Below, in pieces: positions 59,133-64,000 of a DNA stretch of 64,000 bases. Made by a program: the position numbers and the translations under genes. The first letter of the stretch is position 1, and each line of letters starts with the position of its first letter. Location of the stretch: the NCBI GenBank assembly GCA_963708025.1, contig CAVPSB010000013.1, forward strand, positions 224,001-288,000, in the 5' to 3' direction. The notes beneath the pieces were generated by a model, which ran no database searches, was not told the DNA's origin, and saw only the letters and a list, made by a program, of their open reading frames with translations. Source of the stretch: an uncultured Candidatus Rokubacteria bacterium (GTDB taxonomy: Bacteria; Methylomirabilota; Methylomirabilia; Rokubacteriales; DASRDR01).

Positions 59133-59379
59133 GGATGACCTCCCGCGTCGAGGTGGAGGGGCAGTTCCGTCTCTCCGGTTCCAGGCCGAAGGACTGCCGG
59201 ACCGCTCCCCGCGCGCGGGGGAGCGCGCCCGGAGCGACCTTGACAGGGCGGCGCCCGCCGACGGTAGAGTGTCGTGGGACTCACCGTCGGGGCACCGGCC
59301 GAACCGCGGACCCGGCCCCGGCTCCGCCAGCAACCCGCGGTGGCGTGACGCGCCCCCGGCTCCGGGAGGAGGATCCGAG

Positions 59380-60763
59380 ATGAGCTACGACCTGGTGGTG
59401 CGCGGGGGAGAGATCGTCACCGCCACCGACCGCTTCCCCGGCGACATCGGCGTTCGCGCCGGCCGGATCGCCACGATCGGCGACGCCCTGCCTCACGGCG
59501 AGCGGGAGGTCAACGCCCGTGGCCTCCAGGTGCTCCCGGGCGGCATCGACGTCCACACGCACCTCGACATCGACCTCGGCGGCATGCGGAGCATCGACGA
59601 CTTCGAGTCGGGCACGGCGGCCGCCGCCTGCGGCGGCGTGACCACCATCTGCGACTACGCCTGGCAGGAGAAGGGCTGGTCGCTCGCCGACGACCGTCGA
59701 GGCCTGGAAGGCCAGGGCTCACGAGGCGCGCGCACATCGACTACGCCTTCCACGTGGTGCGTGAACGACGTCAACGAGGCCGGCTGGCCGAGATCCCGCG
59801 CCTGGCCGCGTCGGGCTATCCGAGCTTCAAGGTCTTCATGATCAAGGAGTTCGGCATCAGCGACGCGGCGCTCCTGCGCGTCCTCGACGGGCGAGCCGCG
59901 AAGCCGGGGCCGTCGTCAACATCCACGCCGAGAACAGCGACCTCCTGGACCTCGACGTCGCCGACATGCTGGCGGCCGGCCGCTGGGATCCACGCCACTA
60001 CGCGGAGAGCCGGCCGGCGCTGGCCGAGGCCGAGGCCACCCGGCGGGCGATCGACTACGCCGAGGCGGTGGACGCCGAGGTCTACATCGTCCACATGTCG
60101 TGCCGCGATGCGGTGGAAGCGGTGCGGGCGGCGCGCGCGGCGCGGGCTGCGCGTCTGGGCGGAGACGCGGCCGATCTACCTGGGCCTGACCGAGGAGCGG
60201 TACGAGGTCGGGGGCGTCGGAGGCGGCCAAGGTCATCGGCGCCCCGCCGCTGCGGACGGCGGAGGACCAGGCGGCGCTGTGGGACGGGCTCGGAGCGGCG
60301 ACGTGCACGACGATCGGCAGCGACAACTGCTCCTGGATCGTGCGACCAGAAGGCGGCTGGGCGTCGAGGACTTCCGCAAGGCGTGCCCTATGGCGTGCCC
60401 GGACTCGAGACGGAGATGCGGGTGATCTACTCGGAGGGCGTCGCCAACGGGCCGGATCTCGATCCACACGTTCGTGGCGGCGTTCAGCGACGAATGCCGG
60501 CGCGGATCTTCGGCCTTTACCCGCAGAAGGGCACGATCGCGGTCGGGAGCGACGCCGATCTCGTGCTGTTCGATCCGCGGCGGACCGAGACGGTCAACGA
60601 GCGCCGCCTCCATTCGCGGGCGGGGTACGACCCGTTCGAGGGCTTCGCGATCACCGGGGTCCCCGTGCTCACGGTCGCGCGGGGCGAGATCGTCTCCCGC
60701 GAGGGCGAGCTCCTCAGCCGGCCCGGCCGGGGAAAGCATCTGTTGCGCCAGCGCGCTCGTTGA
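59380..60763 (+). CDS. Dihydropyrimidinase/D-hydantoinase-like amidohydrolase, multiply frameshifted
   Basis: PGGIDVHTH, GGVTTI, SFKVFM, HAEN, YIVHMS, ARIFGLYPQKG, GSDADL. Confidence 0.85.
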
Positions 60764-60915
60764 GGGACCCCGAGAGACGTGGTGACGGTCGCCGCGGCGT
60801 CGTGTCTCGGACCGCGCGCGGCCAACCGCCCGGCGATCCGAGAGCGACGCCTGGCGCATCCTAGCACGCGCCGGGACCGCGTCGCCAGGGCCCCCGGGTG
60901 ACCGGCCCCCGGGCA

Positions 60916-61308
60916 CTATCGCGGCAGCGGGGCGTAGGCGAGGACTTCGATCCGGGCGCCGGGGACCGCCAGCCCCGAGATCACGATGCACGCCCTCGAC
61001 GGATACGGCCGGCGAAAGTACCGAGCGTAGACCTCGTCGATGGACGGCTTGTCTTCCAGCCGGGTGATGTAGAGCACGACCTGGGCCACGTCGTCCAGCG
61101 TGGCGCCGGCGGCCTTCACCGCTTGCTTCAGGTTGGACAGCGCCAGCTCCGCCTGGGCCGTCGCGCTGCCGGACTCCACCGACCCGTCCGGACGGATCGG
61201 CATGTGCGCGGTGTAGAGGATCCCGTTCGCCACCACGGCGTGGGAGAACGGCGCGGTCTCCGGGGACAGGCCCGTCTCGACTACCTGGCGCACTCGCTGC
61301 TCCTCCAT
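60916..61308 (-). CDS. RidA/YjgF family protein
   Basis: PFSHAV, YPSRACI, GARIEV. Confidence 0.9.
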   Translation of the reverse strand: MEEQRVRQVVETGLSPETAPFSHAVVANGILYTAHMPIRPDGSVESGSATAQAELALSNLKQAVKAAGATLDDVAQVVLYITRLEDKPSIDEVYARYFRRPYPSRACIVISGLAVPGARIEVLAYAPLPR

Positions 61309-61393
61309 TCGGGACCTCCCGCCCACCCCCCAGCCCCCTCCCCCACCCACTGGGGGGAGGGGGGAGTCGGACGACCCATTCCTTCACACGCTC
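61308..61393 (+). repeat. Repeat family A short copy
   Basis: TTCGGGACCTCCCGCCCACCC ... ATTCCTTCACACGCTC. Confidence 0.8.
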
Positions 61394-62518
61394 TCAGTCC
61401 ATGGAGAGGGCGGCCCGGGAGAGGCGGAGACCGGCGGCGCCCCGCTGCATCCAGTCGGCCTCCCGGAACGCCGCGCCGATGCGGGTCAGCGGAGAGACGT
61501 GCGAGATGAGGCGCTCGAACGGAAAGCGCCCGAGGTTCCGCTTCAGGAAGGCCAGCGCCCGGGGCAGCGCCCACGGCGAGTAGTTGGAGACCGCCACCAG
61601 CCGCGCGCTGGCGCGGACGAGCGCCGTCGCGTCGTAGGAGAAGACGTTGCCCGGCGCGATCGACCCCACCTCGAGGTAGCAGCCCCCGCCCCGTAGCATC
61701 CGGAGCCCTTCGGGGACGACCTCCGGGTAGCCGACGAAATCCGTCACTACGTCGGCGCCGAAGCCGCCGGTGAGGTCGAGGACGGCCTCGATCCGGCGCT
61801 CGGGCGTCGGCAGGTTCTCCAGGCTCAGCGCGTGGTCGGCGCCGAAGGCAAGGGCCAGCTCGAGCCGCGACGCCACGCGGTCGAGCACGATCACGCGGTC
61901 GGCGCCCATGTCGCGGGCGACGGCCACCGCGTTGAGCCCGAGGCCCCCGGCGCCCTGGACGACCAGGGTGTCGCCCGGCCGCAGGCCCGCGCGGGCCAGC
62001 CCGTAGATGACCTGGGCCAGCGCGCAGTTGGCCGGGGTGGCCACGTCGTCGGAGACCTCGTCGGGCACCCGGAACAGGAAGCCGCCGGGACGGAGATAGT
62101 AGTAGTCCCCGTACGCGTTGTTGAAGTAGGGCGGCGTCCCGGCCACGCGATTGGCGCGGCCTTTCCGCGGGCAGCTCCCCATCTCGTCCCGCAGGCACAC
62201 CGGGCAGCGGCCGCAGGGGAAGAAGTAGACGACGCTGACGCGGTCGCCCTCGCGCAGCGGCTGGCCGCCGGAGTCCACGGTGACCCCCGCGCCGAGGTGG
62301 GCGACGCGGCCGCACATCTCGTGGCCGAAGGTGAGGTCCTTCGGCATCGCCCCGTAGACGGCCTTCATCTCGCCCCGCCAGATGTGGAGATCGGAGCCGC
62401 ACACGCCGGCGCGCGTCAGCCGGACCAGGACGGCGCCGGGCTCCGGGTCCGGCACGCGATACTCGCGCAGCTCGAAGTCACCGCCGTACGCCTCGAGGAC
62501 CGCCACCCGTCCCGTCAT
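61394..62518 (-). CDS. Zinc-dependent alcohol dehydrogenase (MDR family)
   Basis: GVCGSDLH, GHE, CGRCPVC-x7-C, QGAGGLG. Confidence 0.92.
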   Translation of the reverse strand: MTGRVAVLEAYGGDFELREYRVPDPEPGAVLVRLTRAGVCGSDLHIWRGEMKAVYGAMPKDLTFGHEMCGRVAHLGAGVTVDSGGQPLREGDRVSVVYFFPCGRCPVCLRDEMGSCPRKGRANRVAGTPPYFNNAYGDYYYLRPGGFLFRVPDEVSDDVATPANCALAQVIYGLARAGLRPGDTLVVQGAGGLGLNAVAVARDMGADRVIVLDRVASRLELALAFGADHALSLENLPTPERRIEAVLDLTGGFGADVVTDFVGYPEVVPEGLRMLRGGGCYLEVGSIAPGNVFSYDATALVRASARLVAVSNYSPWALPRALAFLKRNLGRFPFERLISHVSPLTRIGAAFREADWMQRGAAGLRLSRAALSMD

Positions 62519-62538
62519 GTCCGCTCCTCTCGCTCGGT

Positions 62539-62615
62539 GGGGTCAGGCCTTTCACTCTTGACAATCCGAGCGGCGACGGGATCCGCGAGATTGTAAGAAC
62601 GAAAGGCCTGACCCC
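62539..62615. repeat. Palindromic element (family D) with 15-bp perfect arms
   Basis: GGGGTCAGGCCTTTC ... GAAAGGCCTGACCCC. Confidence 0.8.
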
Positions 62616-64000
62616 CTAAGCGCCGCCGTCGGTTACGGCCGCGGCGCCGCCGGTGACCGCGGCCGGCGGCGCCCCCGGGGGCACCACGACCATGACCTGG
62701 CGGCTCCCGAACCGGATGCCCTCGGCCGCGAAGGCCTTGAGGATGCGATTGTACGCCTCGCGCCGGATGAGATAGGGGGCGCTGGTGGGCTTCGACATGA
62801 ACTTGGCGCGAACGACGAGCCCGGCGTCGTCGGTCGCCATCACCCCCTGGAACTTCAGCGGCTGGAGGAGGTCCGGGCCGAGCTCCGGATCGGCGGCGAT
62901 CTCCTCGCCGATCCGCTTGATGATCTTCTTCACCTTGATGAGATCGGTGTCGTAGGGCAGCCGGAACTCGAGCGCCATGATCATCCAGTCCCGGCTCGTG
63001 TTGCGGAGCCGCTTGATCTCGCCGTACGGCACGATGTTCAGGGCGCCGCGGTGGTGGCGGACGTGCAAGGAGCGGATGGTGATCCGCTCCACGGTCCCCT
63101 TGCAATCGCCCGCCTCGATGTACTCGCCGAGGCGGAACGCGTCGTCCATGAGGAAGAACACCCCCGAGACCACGTCCCGCACCAGCGTCTGCGAGCCGAA
63201 GCCGATCGCGAGGCCGAACACCCCGGCCCCGGCCAGGAGCGGCAGGATGTTGACGCCCAGCGCGGAGAGCACACTGAGGACCGTCATGACCACGATGGCG
63301 CTGAGCAGGAGCATCCGGAAGAGCGGCAGGAGCGTCCGCATCCGGGAGGCGGGCGCCCCGCCTTCCTCGCCGGGCTCCGCGCCGTGCTCGGCGGCCGAGC
63401 CGGCCTCGACCTGCATCCGGCGCTCGATGGCGGTACGGGCCAGCTCCCAGAGCATCCAGGCCAGCAGCAGGGGGATGGCGATCCCCAGCAGCCCGCCGGC
63501 GATGCGGCCGCCCAGTCCCCGCTCGGCGAGCGCGAACAGGTCGAGGTGCCACAGGTCCGCCAGGAGGACCAGGCCTCCGACCGTCACCACGATGTGGATG
63601 GCCCGGCGCAGCACCGGCTCGAAGGTGGAGCGGGCCCCCAGCGCCCCCGCCGCGGCGGCCCCCGCCCGGCCGCCGAGGAGCGCCGCCAGGACGCGGCCGA
63701 GGACCATGTCCACCAGGGGCAAGGCGAGGAGGAGCAGGACGCTCAGGATCGGGGCCCGGGACATCCCCTCCGCGCCCCCGAGGACCTCCAGCGCTCGCGC
63801 CAGGTAGACGATCACCAGGTAGGCCGAGGCCAGCACGGGCCACGCCTGCGCCGCGAGGCGACGGCCGGGGCCCGGCTCGCCGGGGCCCAGGATCAGCCGG
63901 GCGACGTCGGTCCGGATCTGCCAGATCGTCTGCAAGGCGAGGACGAGGAACGCGGTCGCCAGCACCAGGGTGAGGGCGTCCACGGTCGGATCCGGGGCGC
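62616..64000 (-). CDS. Mechanosensitive ion channel (MscS family), 5' part outside the window
   Basis: LAIGFGSQTLVRDVVSG, GEYI, GTVERITIRS, VPYGEI. Confidence 0.9.
   Translation of the reverse strand, partial: APDPTVDALTLVLATAFLVLALQTIWQIRTDVARLILGPGEPGPGRRLAAQAWPVLASAYLVIVYLARALEVLGGAEGMSRAPILSVLLLLALPLVDMVLGRVLAALLGGRAGAAAAGALGARSTFEPVLRRAIHIVVTVGGLVLLADLWHLDLFALAERGLGGRIAGGLLGIAIPLLLAWMLWELARTAIERRMQVEAGSAAEHGAEPGEEGGAPASRMRTLLPLFRMLLLSAIVVMTVLSVLSALGVNILPLLAGAGVFGLAIGFGSQTLVRDVVSGVFFLMDDAFRLGEYIEAGDCKGTVERITIRSLHVRHHRGALNIVPYGEIKRLRNTSRDWMIMALEFRLPYDTDLIKVKKIIKRIGEEIAADPELGPDLLQPLKFQGVMATDDAGLVVRAKFMSKPTSAPYLIRREAYNRILKAFAAEGIRFGSRQVMVVVPPGAPPAAVTGGAAAVTDGGA

Noticed and set aside
59240-59270. 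TTGACA...TAGAGT promoter for the dihydropyrimidinase gene
   Set aside because: The 19-bp spacer is marginal; not listed as a feature

Overview
High-GC bacterial chromosomal window. Gene style is consistent with a soil Candidatus Rokubacteria (Methylomirabilota)-type organism; this is inference only. The core (about 18.1-45.4 kb, almost all minus strand) is a large PQQ/lanthanide quinoprotein region. It carries a 27-aa pqqA missed by the ORF track (41353-41436), pqqBCDE, and two divergent periplasmic PQQ dehydrogenases that both have the lanthanide-type D-x-D motif. One lacks the vicinal Cys-Cys and is followed by a cytochrome c and an XoxJ-like protein; the other keeps Cys-Cys and is followed by a sulfocyanin-type blue copper protein. 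An 11-gene uptake/regulation run encodes a PqqT-like ABC system, a PedABC-like ABC system, a two-component system, an acidic outer-membrane barrel and a Cys-less cupredoxin. Flanking regions hold catabolic and transport genes: UbiD, acyl-CoA ligase and ACAD-fold enzyme, a fumarate-lyase-superfamily enzyme with a sugar-type ABC, a Liv-type ABC, a TRAP system, dihydropyrimidinase, RidA, Zn-ADH and MscS. There is also a DUF2946/RAPP-like leader ahead of a radical SAM/SPASM gene and YnjBCD-like ABC genes. Non-coding features include four families of small palindromic elements, an internally deleted IS1202/ISNCY-like element and a tandem NrdR-box-like pair. Many genes have single-base frameshifts, most likely long-read sequencing errors. 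No rRNA, tRNA or CRISPR array was seen.
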